Assembly: GCA_030264375.1 (NCBI GenBank)
Contig: JASCQW010000148.1
Span: 25,447,726-25,511,725, forward strand
Source of the DNA: Carcharhinus longimanus
Taxonomy: Eukaryota
Direction of reading: 5' to 3'
Length of the DNA stretch: 64,000 nt
The notes beneath the pieces are model-generated. The model was given only the letters and a program-made list of their open reading frames with translations, ran no database searches and had not been told where the DNA came from. Made by a program: the position numbers and the translations under genes. This document shows, piece after piece, positions 25,531-37,680 of this stretch (position 1 is the stretch's first letter; each line of letters starts with the position of its first letter).

Positions 25531-25914
25531 CCCAGCTCTTTTCAGATATTCAAGGAAATATCAGCTTTCTGAGGGAATGGAGGAAATAAACCTCAAATAT
25601 TCTGGATAGGTGAAGGTCGTGCTCATTGCCAATTTTTGATGGTCTGCCTCTTTGGGCAGAGAATCCCTTAACAGGTGATCATGCAGTGAGCTTAACAGCT
25701 ACACAATTCACTGTTAGTGGAAAAACATTCAAAGTCCTCAGTCAAAAATGGAACAAATCTGCTTTTGAAACATTCTCAGCAATTCTGTCCTGATCGACTG
25801 ATTAAAGACAAACCAGCCAAAGAGGGTGATCATGCAGTTTTTTAACTGACAAATGTTGGATTTGATTGAAAATCCAAAGGGTTTATTTTCTGTTTCAAAG
25901 TTCTACTTGTTTGT

Positions 25915-26328
25915 TTATACAGAGCGTGAATGTAGCTCAATCCATTATGCAAACCAGCCTTCCATCCATTGACTCTGTCTACACTTCCTGCTGCCTCGGA
26001 AAAGTTGCCAGCATAGTAATAGACCCCACGTACCCTGGACGTTCTCTCTTCCACCTTCTTCCTTCGGGAAAAAGATACAAAAGTCTGAGGTCACGTACCA
26101 ACCAACTCAAGAGCAGCTTTTTCCCTGGTGCTGTCAGACTTTTGAATGGACTGACTTGAATGCATTAAGTTGATTTTTCTCTACACCCTAGCTATTACTG
26201 TAATACTACATTCTGCACTCTCTCCTTTCCTTCTCTATGAACGGTATGTTTTGTCTGTATGGCATGCCAGAAACAGTACTTTTCACTGTATGTTAATACA
26301 TGTGACAATAATAAATCAAAATCAAAAT
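25915..26328 (+). mobile_element. Rex1/Babar LINE 3' end
   Basis: SLPSIDSVYTSCCLGK..LFHLLPSGKRYKSLRSRTNQLKSSFFPGAVRLLNG, then a 3' UTR ending gtgacaataataaatcaaaatcaaaa. Confidence 0.85.
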
Positions 26329-26441
26329 AGAGTAGAACAGGAAGAGACCGTTTGGGCTACCATATAATTTCTGATTACAATGGCAACACTTAACTGCAAA
26401 AAAAATTCCTATTGCCTGTCTTTTTTTTCCCATTTCCCCGA

Positions 26442-26782
26442 ATATCATAGAAACCCTACAGTGAAGGAGGCCATTCAGCCCATCAAGTCTGCACTGACCA
26501 CAATCCCACCAAGGCCCTACCCCCTATCCCTACATATTTACCCGCTAATCACTCTAACCTATGCATCTTAGGACTCTAAGGGGCAATTTTTTTAGCATGA
26601 CCAATCAACCTAACCCGCACACCTTTGGACTGTGTGAGGAAACCAGAGTGCCCAGAGAAAACCCACACCGACACAAGGAGAATAAGCAAAGTCCACACAG
26701 ACAGTGAGCTGAGCCAGGATTCAAACCCAGGTTCCTGGAGCTGTGAAGCAGCAGTGCTAACCACTGTGCTACCGTGCTGCCC
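26442..26782 (-). mobile_element. HE1 SINE (tRNA-derived V-SINE), full length
   Basis: Minus strand gggcagcacggtagcacagtggttagcactgctgcttcacagctccagg..ctgggtttgaatcc, a V-domain-like body and a HER1-like tail. Confidence 0.9.
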
Positions 26783-28609
26783 TTACTTTCTAAGTAAGGA
26801 TCCAACTCCCTATGAAACACTTCAAATAATTTTGCATCTGTGGGCTTCTGGGGGGAATGTGCTGTAGATTACCATAACCTTCAATATGAAAGATTTTAAA
26901 ATGCTCTGCATTTTCTACTAATCTTATTGACATCTTTTCCTCAGCTTTCAGTTGCACAACATATGGCATCCTCAATATTTTTGATAAATCCTAATCAGAT
27001 TTGGAAAGCTGCGGTGACAGTGAAAGTGACAACATAGGGACTTGTTTGTGACGTATGTGGATCCAAAATTTCCCTGCATAAATTTTACATGTGTAACGAA
27101 CACATGTCAAAATGCAGTTAAAAATTATTGTGACCCCTTACTTGTGGCTTTTCAATTCCTGGTACTAACTGTTGTGGTAAGATTAAATGAAGTAAAGATA
27201 CAAAATTAAAAAACATTCTCTGTGCAAATTCAATCTGCCAACACATGAAGACATCTAAAGATAACTCAGGTTCAGATAATTGCGGCGTGGGCAGTATGTG
27301 TTTGGACATCATGTATCTTAATGTTGCTAAGAGGCTTTGCTACATTTCAGGATGCAACTGGAAAAAAATGGGTAAATATATTTTGTTTTCTGTTTTCAGA
27401 GATGCAGATTTCATTTCAGTTGACTTTAAGAGGATGAAAAGCCAAATGTTAAATGATATGCAATGCAGATGAAAAATCTCCTTAGAATAGATGTTAGCCG
27501 ATTAGCAGACCGTTTTACCTACGTGAAACAGCATCAGCAACAATTGTAGCCATCCATCTCCCATTAGATTACTGAAGGTTTACTATGAAACCAATAGACG
27601 CTTCCTCAATAGGCAAAATGAACAGATGACCAGCATCTAATGCAATCTAAACTCAGGAAAGTATATCGTAATCACAAGGCTGTGAAGTAGGGATTTTGTA
27701 CTTACACTACTGTTTCATAGATTTAGCTCGAGATTGAATGGATTTATCACACGTGTGAATAATATTTGATGACGTAGAGATTCCCAATGTTCTCACAGAT
27801 CAGAATTTTGCCCCCGACCAGGAAGCCCATGGAATCGTGGGAGAAGACATCAGGCGGTCATGCTGGTGCATGAAAGTCAGAAGCATGCCGATCAGCAGGC
27901 AGTTTAGCCTATTAAAGGTCCAACTGAACACAATTTTACATGGCCTATCTGTTTTCAAGGTTGTCAGTTGGCTGTTAGGTTTTAGCTGTAACCTTGATCC
28001 AGGGCGGGATGAATTGTCAGGACTGAAATAAAATTAACAAATGTGTATGGGGACTGCGGTTGGTATATGATTGTGCAGTCTGGAACTTCTGGAATAGTAA
28101 ACATTGATATTTATTTTCTATGGGTCAGCAGCTCCCTGAGACAATTCCACGGTGGCTGCCCTCATGAGGGCGCACATTGAAAATACCAGCTTGCACCTTC
28201 TTTTCCTGTGCCTGCCCTCTTTGTGCTCTGCCCCACAGTGCTGAGCCTTTCCCAGCATACATTTCATACTTGCTGGCCTTGTATTGGCCAACCAGCATGA
28301 ATTTGCTCGACAGGGCTGACCACAGTTGGGAATGCATTTTGCACCTGTTTCCAGGATGAGAAGTGTGCGTATTGACAGGTGAAGCATTGTACCTGATGGT
28401 ACCTAATCCGTGAACTATCTACTTCGGTTTTACATCAGCACAAAATGAAAGTGAACAGTAATCTCTGCCATTTCAGCCATCTCTGTGTGATGCCATCTAA
28501 GACATCATTCACTCCTCGGGCTGGGATTCTGTGACCTCACCCGCAGCTGGGATTCTCCGGTCCTACTGAAGTGAATGGAGATTTGGCTGAGTGCCAAATT
28601 CTCCTTGCT

Positions 28610-29370
28610 TTCTGAAGGACTATTCCTGCTACAAAACCCTGGTCCATTCCACAGTCAACCACAACAACCTTCCCCTTCACATGCAAGCTCTCACCATCCA
28701 AGGCCCCAGTAATTTACTCATGTCTCTTAACATTGCACATCCTATTCACAGCTCATGAGCAGTCTCTACTTTGGGGAGACCATGGGTGACTGCTTTACAG
28801 AATAGTTCCATTTATTGTACAAGCCAATCCCCCAGCATCCAGTTACATGCCATCTTAATTTTCCATTGCACAGTCATTTTCAGCTCTCTCTCTGAGGCTT
28901 TTTCCGAAGCTTTACAAAAAGAACCTCATCTTGCAATGAGACCTTTCCAGCCTTTAGAACACAACAGTTTTAGATCACAACCTTTGCTCCCACTTTCTAT
29001 CGTTTCTGTACTTCTATGTTTTTGTTCTGAGATATTGGTGGTAATTCCGTCTTTCCTATTTACATTTCCATTAGGCTAGTTCTATCTTTTATTCTCTTGC
29101 TCCATTATCATCATCTTTTTGCCGTGCACCATCCTCTGTTTTATTACTTAACCCCTCGTGCCTCCCTTCCTTTTTATTCTTTCCCCACTGCCTCTGACTT
29201 GCTGCAACCCTGTTATATCTTTAACTTCTAGATCAGGTGAAAGTTCATCAACCTGAAATCTAAACTCTGACCCTCACTTCACAGATTCTGCCTGAGCTGC
29301 TGATTATTTCCAGCATTTTCTGTTTGATTCCAGATTTCCAGCACCTGTAATATTTTGCTGTTGTATTTTG
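28610..29370 (+). mobile_element. Decayed Penelope-like element (GIY-YIG region and 3' end)
   Basis: ctctactttggggagacc reads LYFGET (YIGET-like) and ccagttacatgccatcttaatt reads PVTCHLN. Tail cacagattctgcctgagctgctgattatttccagcattttctg. Confidence 0.7.
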
Positions 29371-29783
29371 AATGGGCTTTTGGTTTGAGATGTAGAGAGG
29401 GGAAAAAAATCCTGGTATCCAATAAAAAAAACAGATAGTTAGTTAGTTATTTTCAGGACTAGATTTTTCTTCATGCATGAACTGAACAACATTCTCCAAC
29501 CATATTGCGGTCTTATGATCAACTTAAGAAATTGGCTTAAAAACTGTCTCAAGACAAATTACCTTGAATGAAATAAATTCATTTCCTTGTTAATTTATTA
29601 TTCCACTTCTCTTCAATGTTAATTTGGGATGGAGGATTCTGTAGAACCTGATAAAGATTAAATTTGGTTAAGATTTTGTGATCTAATCTATTCCTTGTAC
29701 ATTTTTCGTAGTTCCTTTATCAACAAAAACTACACAATAGGATTTAAAACATCCTATCAGCTATACCAAAAATAATTTGTATT

Positions 29784-29893
29784 TCATGAGCAGTCTCTAC
29801 TTTGGGGAGACCATGGGTGACTGCTTTACAGAATAGTTCCATTATTGTACAAGCCAATCCCCCAGCATCCAGTTACATGCCATCTTAATTTTC
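29784..29893 (+). repeat. 110-bp near-exact copy of 28753-28863
   Basis: Identical except for a 1-nt indel. TTTCATGA occurs at both junctions (29782-29789, 29890-29897). Confidence 0.95.
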
Positions 29894-30325
29894 ATGAATT
29901 GCTATTTGTATTTTCTGATAAAAGACATGTGGCAAATTTTGGATCCAGTCAACTATAACATGTGTCTCAGCACATGTTCTGACATGAATAGGTCATATCT
30001 TTTGGTTTTTTTTAGATGTCAACTAATTTATTTTAAGAAACACAGGATGAAGGTTGTAAAATGTTATACTAATGATGTCAAGTAGCTTAAAAATCGCCCT
30101 GATAGACAAAAGCACGGGGATCCAATGCACTCAGATTGGCCCACACAGTTTCAGCTGAAAATGTCCATTATGTTGATAGTTTATCTTCTGTTAGTTTCAG
30201 CAAATCTTTTATTTGGAATTTGTAATGAATGGTCAAGCCATATATTGAAAGATATATGTAAAGCACAAAACAAGTGAGCAAAACTGTGTTCAGCTATGAA
30301 ACCTTGAATTGGTGATCTCACTTCA

Positions 30326-31436
30326 AGGGGGCGATTCTCCCATCCTGCTGCACTGCTTTTGTAGTGCAGCAGGCTAGGATTCTCAAGCTGAGGCTGTTTC
30401 AAGGCTTCTCGCTGGCAACACAACCTCCAGCTTCTCTGGCAGCTGGATTTCCGGCACTGTCAGCTCCACGCCAGAAACCGGCGTAGAGCTCCATAATGTC
30501 TGCAAATTCTAATTTGCATGTATTTTAAATAGCATTAGCAGACCTGGGACTGAAATCTCTGGGCCCGCCAGCAGCCCCCCCACCCCGCCACACCAGGGGC
30601 TGGCAGCCCAACCCCACGCCTCCCCTTCATTCAATCGAGGGTTGGGTGCTGGGCTATAGGGCGCTCCATTGGCAGTGCCAACCTGGGCCCCCTTACAGTG
30701 CCCAAGGTGCAAAGTGCCAATGCCTGGGGGGACATTGGCACTGCCCACCAGACACAGGGCAATGCCTGAGGGTGGGAGTGGGGTGTCCAGCTACCACTCT
30801 GCATTTCGGCTGAATGACAGAGCCAGCCATTGGGGTGGGAGCCTGGTTTTGGTGGGGGGAGGGGTGTCAAGGCTACTGGGCAGTTGAGAGGAGAGTGGAG
30901 GGTCAGGGCTGCCGGTGGGAAGGAGGGGAATTGGGGGTAGCAGGGATCAGGGGTGGAGGGCTCAAGACTGGCCTGTGCATGTTTGGGGGTCTAACGGTTG
31001 GGCTGTGAGAGGCTAGGAAGGCTGGCGATNNNNNNNNNNNNNNNNNNNNNNNNNNNNNNNNNNNNNNNNNNNNNNNNNNNNNNNNNNNNNNNNNNNNNNN
31101 NNNNNNNNNNNNNNNNNNNNNNNNNNNNNAGAACAGCGCATGCAGTGGCCTGCTTGGTGCTATGCTGCTGGCTTTTCCAGCAGGAGTAGGCCCATGCCCG
31201 CTGATTTTCAATGGGATTTATGCTAGTTCACCTCACCATCTGCTACACCCACTTACTCCTGAAACAAGAGGTGATCAGGGCATCCCTGCTCGAAGGCCCA
31301 TTCTGGCCCTGCCCACTGTCCAGTATTCTGCAGTGAACACTGTGGGAGATTCAATTTGCAACTCCCACTGAAAACCAGTGTGATTTACTCCAGATTTTAT
31401 GCGAATTTGACACTTTGAATTTTTTTGGGTGAATCT
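30326..31436. mobile_element. Non-autonomous DNA transposon (Harbinger-like MITE), GC-rich, gap inside
   Basis: Ends ggggcgattctccc and tttgggtgaatc. Internal ggcagtgcca/tggcac motifs are shared with 43690-44481 and 52017-52624. Confidence 0.55.
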
Positions 31437-31559
31437 AAAAGACTTTCAGTTAAAGTTCCACTTTTTCATAAAGAAAAAGGCCTTAGTCAAGCATTACTTG
31501 GCACCATTTTTAAAGCGACACAACGACCTTTCAGGGCCTTCAGGCAGGTTCAACTACTG

Positions 31560-31900
31560 CAGCAACAACTTACAGTTAAGAAGATTAAAAGGAAAGAAGT
31601 CAGGAAATTATAAGCTGGTTAGTTGTACTTCAACCCTTGGTTATCTGCGAGTATCTGTCATGCAGGATGGAGTTACTGAGTTCTCTGATAAACACAAGTT
31701 CCTTAGAAACTGATAGCGTGGATTTCAAAAGTGGCAGAGCCTGACTGACTAACCTGACAGAAAGCATTTTAATAGTAGCAAGACAGGAATGCAGTGATTG
31801 TGATTAGTATTGACTTTCAAAAAGTTTTTGACACGGATTGCATATAAAGATGAGTAACAAAGATTATATTTTGTCGAATCAAAGAAAAAGAATGGAAGTA
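31560..31900 (+). mobile_element. Decayed CR1 RT N-terminal fragment
   Basis: GNYKLVSCTSTLG (GNYRPVSLTS-like), followed by GFQK..LTNL and IDFQKVFDT. Confidence 0.75.
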
Positions 31901-32059
31901 ATATCAATTTGTTTATTTCAAATTAGAAAATGTGGTGAGTTGTGAATCAGACTGAGTGTCCTTGCTGCAAATCATCATAATTTTCCTGCAGATTCAGGCC
32001 AATGGCTGCATCCCTCTGACACTGAAAACATGCAACCTAACGAGAGCTTGTGCTGACAC

Positions 32060-33480
32060 TACATCATTGATTTGACTTCAGACCTCACCATTTGCCACAC
32101 CTGCTTATTCCCGATACGAGAGGCAATCAGGAATGGCTACTCGAAGGCTAATTCTGGCCCTGTCCACCACCCAGCGCTCGTCCTCCTCCCCCTCAGCACC
32201 ATCAGGCCCACCACCCTCTTCAATATCCTCCTCATCCAAAGCTACCTGGTACTCACCCATCTTCTCCAGGTCTAGATCTCCCCTTTGCAGGGCTACGTTG
32301 CAGAGAGTGCAGCAAAACACAATAATGCAGGATACCCTCTGGGGGCTGTATGGTAGGACACCCTGACTGGTCCAGACACCGGAATTGCATCTTCAACATT
32401 CCAGTCACCTGCTCCACCAACACGTGCATTGAAGCGTTAGCCTCATTGTATTGAATCTTCGCTGGTGTTTGTGGCCTCCACACTGACACCTCCTGAGTAG
32501 GTACCTCTTGTCCCTGAGGAGCCATCCCTCCTGCCACTGCTCTCCCTCAAAGACAGCTGGGATTTGTGCCCAAGATGTAACTGTCAGTGGGGCTCCCCTG
32601 GAAATGGGCACAAACCTGCATGATGCGCAGTGTGGTCGCAGACGATGTTAAGGAAATGGAATCCCTTGCAGTTCCTGAATGGTTGGACTTGTTTAAGGTT
32701 TACTTAGATAAACACATGAGCGAAACAAGGATGGAGGGTTATAGTAGGGGGTATTAAATAGGGTCAGAGCCTCGGGAGACACCGGAAANNNNNNNNNNNN
32801 NNNNNNNNNNNNNNNNNNNNNNNNNNNNNNNNNNNNNNNNNNNNNNNNNNNNNNNNNNNNNNNNNNNNNNNNNNNNNNNNNNNNNNNNAGGGTAGGTGTA
32901 GGAGGATGCGGCGGCGCGGGCTCGTTGGGCCGAAGGGCCTGTTTCCCGTGCTGGGTTGTTCTTTGGCACTGCATGCCACCATAGTGACTTAAGAACCACA
33001 TGGGTACAGCCTATCAGACCTTGTACTTGGGGTATCCCTGCTAGGTGGGCAAAACCAATGTCCCCAGTGATCTGGCTTGCCTGGTCCCGATCAAGGTTGA
33101 TAAATATTTCAGCCCTGGCATAAAGGGCATCTGTCACCCCTTCTGATTCATTTGCGAGTGGCAGACTGGGAGATGCTACAGGTATCCCTTGGGCGGCCCT
33201 GGAACGAATTGCTCGCATAAAAGTTCAGAGCGGCTGTACATTTCAGGGCTGTGGGCATTGGTTGTCCTCCAGTTCCAGCCCATGTAGTATGTGATAGAGG
33301 TGATCCACCGTCCCCCTGGACAGATATAGTCTTCTCTGGCACTGCAGCTCGGACAACTGAAGGTAGGAACGTCAGAAGATTCTTGGCCACTACTGTCTCC
33401 AGTATTGCTCCTCCATGTGTGGCCCTGCTCCCAGAGCAGCTCCAGGCCACTGGTTCTGGCCACGTGGAGCAGTGCGCTAT
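32060..33480 (-). mobile_element. PIF/Harbinger DDE transposase pseudogene, interrupted by CR1
   Basis: AALNFYASNSFQG..VTDALYARA..GFAHLAGIPQVQGLIGCTHV..FRNCKGFHFLNIVCDH..GWLLRDKRY..YNEANA..GMLKMQFRCLD..CCTLCN, in several frames. Confidence 0.9.
32686..32962 (+). mobile_element. CR1/HER1 3' end inserted in the Harbinger ORF (gap inside)
   Basis: tttaaggtttacttagataaacacatgag..ggctcgttgggccgaagggcctgtttcccgtgctg. It separates HAVP from FRNCKG. Confidence 0.8.
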
Positions 33481-33569
33481 TGTCTCTGCTGTTAGTCGAT
33501 CCTAATCAGTAAAAAGGCCAATTCAACAGGCTCTTTGATTCTGATGATTCATGTACTGAAAGATTGAGA

Positions 33570-34050
33570 ACACCACTGTGAGCATTGAGGAGTCGTCTCG
33601 CAGCAATACTCCATGTGTCTGTGCTTCTGCATTCTTTGGGCGTGGTGTCCCAATGGGTTAAGCTCTGTTCCCAGGCCGTGCAACTAGATCCACTGCTAGA
33701 TATTAAACTGGTATGCTGGACTCCTCAAAAAATTATCAGTTTATCGCTCTGGCAACCACGTTCATCCTGACGAGATGTGGCTGAATCTTGAGAGAATCTT
33801 GAACTTTCCAAGCAATTCTCTTTTCAGGGTCTTTAATGCCGCGAAGTTATGGAGCTTTGCCCGAGAGCAAGCAATACACCCTCACTGCCGTACCTGACAG
33901 TCAGAACTCGCAGAGAAGTGGATTTGAACTTCCTGTCCAGTAAGCCCCTCTGGTCTACACCATTGACAGAGTGAGGGTTCACTACGTTAGGCCTGCCCCA
34001 ATTGAGAGGGTCTCTGTGCCTCATGAGGCAGGGTATCTTTCCATCACTGA
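33570..34050 (-). mobile_element. Possible decayed Gypsy gag fragment
   Basis: Weak frameshifted resemblance (KGLTGQEVQIHFSA..ELLGKFKILS..QWI) to Gmr1/SCAN-associated gag. Confidence 0.3.
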
Positions 34051-34991
34051 TACCCCCCACCCCACTGCCCTTGCTGCTTTGCCTCTCCCAAAGGATCCTA
34101 GGACCTCATATCACATCATTACTGCCCCCCTGTTGTATATCATAGTATCATAGAATTGCTACAGTGCAACAGGAGGCCATTCAGTCCATCGAGTCTGCAC
34201 CGACCACAATCCTAGCATTCTCCCTTGTGCCCCTTGCTGTTGGACTGCTCGAGAAATAATGGCCTTGATGTTGGACTGCTCGAGAAGCGCTTAGCTCTGA
34301 TATCCTCCTTGGAGGTGATGGTGCCAGGTTCACTGTTATGAAGACCTGTTGTAAATGGCATTGGAATGACATTACACTGGTGCCAGTTGAATAATCAGAA
34401 CAACTTCAATAGCTGGAGTGCGTGTTCACTAATGATATGCTGATGTATTCGAATTAGTTTTGTGCCCTTCCCTGGCATGTTCTACATCGCTCTGCCAGTG
34501 AGGTTAGCTCAGAATGAGAAAATACAATCTTTTCAATGAGAATCACACAATCAATCACAACGAGTTCCAAACTCTCCGCATTTTGAGCCTGTGCCACTGT
34601 TCCTGCAGACAGAGAATAGGCTCATGATCCTGCCCACTAACTTCAGTTTATTTGATGGCACTTCCATGAAGCGTCTTAAGACACCTTTTTTTTGTTCATT
34701 TTGTGGGATATTTCTGGGTTAAAGATGTAACTGTAAATATTAAGTCAATGTTATCCATGAAGCTTGCAAATATCAGCAAAAAGCTTGATGTAAACATCTT
34801 TTCATCTTGTAGTTGGGGAAGTGTTCATGTTTAGCACAATTAACGGAAGAAATTCTGTAACTGGATTCTGATTTATTTGTTTCAAACATCTATTAGACTG
34901 GATATTTCTTCTTAATGAGTTCCTAAAATATGAATTATTTCAAATTGGTAAAGACAAATTATTTTGCACAGTTATTGCATCACTGCAGCTT

Positions 34992-35250
34992 TAAGTTAAT
35001 TAATAGCGTCACAAGTAGGCTTACATTTACACTGCAATGAAGTTACTGTGAAAATCCCCTCGTTGCCATACTCTGGTGCTTGTTCAGGTACACTGAGGGA
35101 GAATTTAGCATTGGCAATTCATCTAACCAACATGTTTTTCAGACTAAGAAGAAACCTACACAGAGAACGTGCAGAATCCACACTGACAGTAAATAGAACC
35201 CAGGTCCCTGGCTCTGTGAAGCAGCAGTACTAACCAGTGTGCCACGGTGT
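34992..35250 (-). mobile_element. V-SINE variant with a different tail
   Basis: HE1-type head (gaacccaggtccctggctctgtgaagcagcagtactaaccagtgtgccac on +) joined to tail gtcacaagtaggcttacatttacactgcaatgaagttactgtg. Confidence 0.75.
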
Positions 35251-36362
35251 CTTAAAGATAATTCATCATGAGTCATTTGATATCACATAAAAGCAGAATA
35301 ACAAAACTTCTAGTTATTCAATTAAAAATAGCCAACACACATATAGTCCAACAATACCACCCGTAGTTACCAAAATGCAGAGAAGTACATTTATTAATAA
35401 TTCATTGTGCCCTTCTGTTGAAAGATAATGTCACATACTGAGAATTCCTTCAATGCAGAATATATATACACAGATATATTCACTGCTGCTCTTGCGCACT
35501 GGGAACTAGCTACAGACTACTGGTCTCCTGGCTCCCACTGTTGTCATAGTAATGTCTAAAGTAGGCAACTAGTGAATAAATTAAATCCAGTCCTGTTATA
35601 AAGTTAAGAACATACTTACCAGGCTGATAAATCATTAGAGGTCACTGGGCTTTAGTGGGCAGGATTGAAGAACATGTTCAATAATTAGCAGCTGGAAAAA
35701 GAATTAATATCAGTCATTAAGTAAAAATACAGCTTTGGTTTTTTTGCATTCCCAAGCAGGCTACAAACAGCAACAATGCAGGAGACCAATAAATCAAAGG
35801 TGGTTTTGAATTCTTAGAAATTTGAATAATTATAAAGCCATGCGTTCATTCAGGGAGTTTTCCTCCCTTCCCTTCTGGGATAGAAATATTTGCCTTGTTT
35901 AAATTATGGAGCCACTTCTACTTAAACTGCTGCTGCATTGCATTGACTTTTTAACACTTTGCAGTCCTTTAATTGGTTCCTAATATGGAGTAGGAGTCAT
36001 AAAAGTGCAATTTTAATTTTCTGACAGCAATTTTTAACATTGTACAGCTGCACGTGAACTTGAAGTCTTGCTGCTGTGCAAAGCAGTGCCAATTATTGTT
36101 TTTGCAGTGTCTTGTCTTAGATTTCAGTATACCTCTGCGTTCCAACTTTGTGTCTTAACCTTTCACTGAACCATGCTGGATAATGTTTTAATACTGATTT
36201 TGAAATGCTGGGGATCATTAGATGCACAAAAAGGAATGGAATCATTCTGTAACCACAAGCTGCTCCAATCTTCTCATCTAAGTTCTTAAAGCTGATGATT
36301 CAACTCTGAAATTTTCAAGTTCTATGTGTAATTAGCACAGCATCTGCATTTCAGTGTTGACA

Positions 36363-36477
36363 CAGTAAGAAGTCTCACAACACCAGGTTAAAGTCCAAGT
36401 TAAAGTTGGACTTTAACCTAATGTTGTGAGACTTCTTACTGCGTTTACCCCAGTCCAACGCAGGCATCTCCACATCA
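36363..36477. mobile_element. Mini Penelope derivative forming a 36-bp-stem hairpin
   Basis: Arms 36363-36398 and 36406-36441 pair 34/36 with a 7-nt loop. Flanking repeat catttc(a/t)gtgtt at 36347-36358 and 36476-36487. Confidence 0.85.
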
Positions 36478-37444
36478 TTTCTGTGTTACCAGGGAGACTG
36501 AAGGGAACTTCATTCTCCATGGACTGTTATGGGTGATTGACCAAAATTGTCAGTTTGCCTTTGCTCTGGACGGAAGTACTTCAGTTCAACCGAATAGAAC
36601 CGAAAACCGCAAGGTATTACATGAAACCCCAATTATTACTTTACTCAGATTTAATTGTTTGCAGCTAAGCAGCAATCGAAAACATTCGGCACTCTGGTGC
36701 TGGAAGAAAGTGCGACAACTCAGGTGGCTGTCAAGTGACCCCTGTTGTGCTTATCAAAGAAAGGCTTGCATTTATACAGTGTTTTTCACAACTACTGAAT
36801 GTCTCAGTGCATAGAAATGTGGTAATGATGTGAATTTTCTGGTTTTCAATTGTCAGAGGACACTGCAATATGCAAGGCAGCACTCTGCAGAAGTCCTGAC
36901 CCTAGGCATATACAGGAGGTTTAAACTTCTGACTGACTGATTTCCTACTGCCTGGAACTCTCTGCCAAGGTCTCCAAGCTGTGCTTAGGGAGGAGACTTT
37001 GGCCAGATATGTGGGACTTGCCTTGACATTTAGTGCTAGGCAATATAATACCTGGTCAAGCATCTCTGTTACTCAACTTTGCATTAAAATCGACTCCTCA
37101 ATCATCCAGCCCCAACCTAACTGTCATCCCAGAGCCTACCCAACTACCCATCCTCCTCCCACTCATCCTTTCACTAACCCACACTCAAAAGATTGGACCT
37201 TTCAAATGTACTTAAATATGGCAGCTACTGCTGTAAAAAAAAAAGTTGTGTCCCCTTTTTCCCGAGATTCTAATATACTCACTGGACTACCCATCTCTGC
37301 TTCATCAGGGATTGGAAGATCCCAGAACACATGGACAGTATTGTCAGGTCAGAAAAAGCTTTGTGGGTAGCGGCAGTGTCAACTGGAAGGTCAAAGCCAA
37401 TCTGTTTTTGTGATATGGTTTGGCAGATTGTGATATAGACACCG

Positions 37445-37680
37445 GCGGTAACTCATTTTCTCTTCTTCAACGTAATACCATGGGATTGTGTACATTCACC
37501 TGAATGAGGGGATGAGGCTTTGGTTTAATGTCTTATCCAAAAAACAGCCCCTGCTACATTGCATTGTTTCGTACAGCATTTGATTGTCAGCTTTGCTTTT
37601 TGTACTCAAGCCGTGATGTGGGAATTGAACTCAAAACTTTGTGACTCAAGAGTGCTGCCGATTTGAGCCACAGCTGACAC
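37445..37680 (-). mobile_element. DeuSINE 5' half with tRNA-like head
   Basis: Minus gtcagctgtggctcaaatcggcagcactcttgagtcacaaagttttgagttcaattcccac..ggataagacattaaacc..aatcccatggtatt. Confidence 0.65.

Noticed and set aside
26700-26782. tRNA genes suggested by A/B boxes
   Set aside because: These boxes are SINE heads continuous with SINE bodies and tails, and no intact cloverleaf was seen.
32060-33480. Domesticated HARBI1 gene
   Set aside because: Multiple frameshifts, altered catalytic motifs (IGCTH, LRDKRY) and a CR1 insertion.
34232-34286. Two 24-bp repeats at 31-bp period
   Set aside because: Only two units: a simple local tandem duplication, not a CRISPR or other array.
35612-35624. 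ATACTTACCAGGC as another U1 head
   Set aside because: Similarity stops after about 13 nt. It is better read as a minus-strand splice donor or chance.
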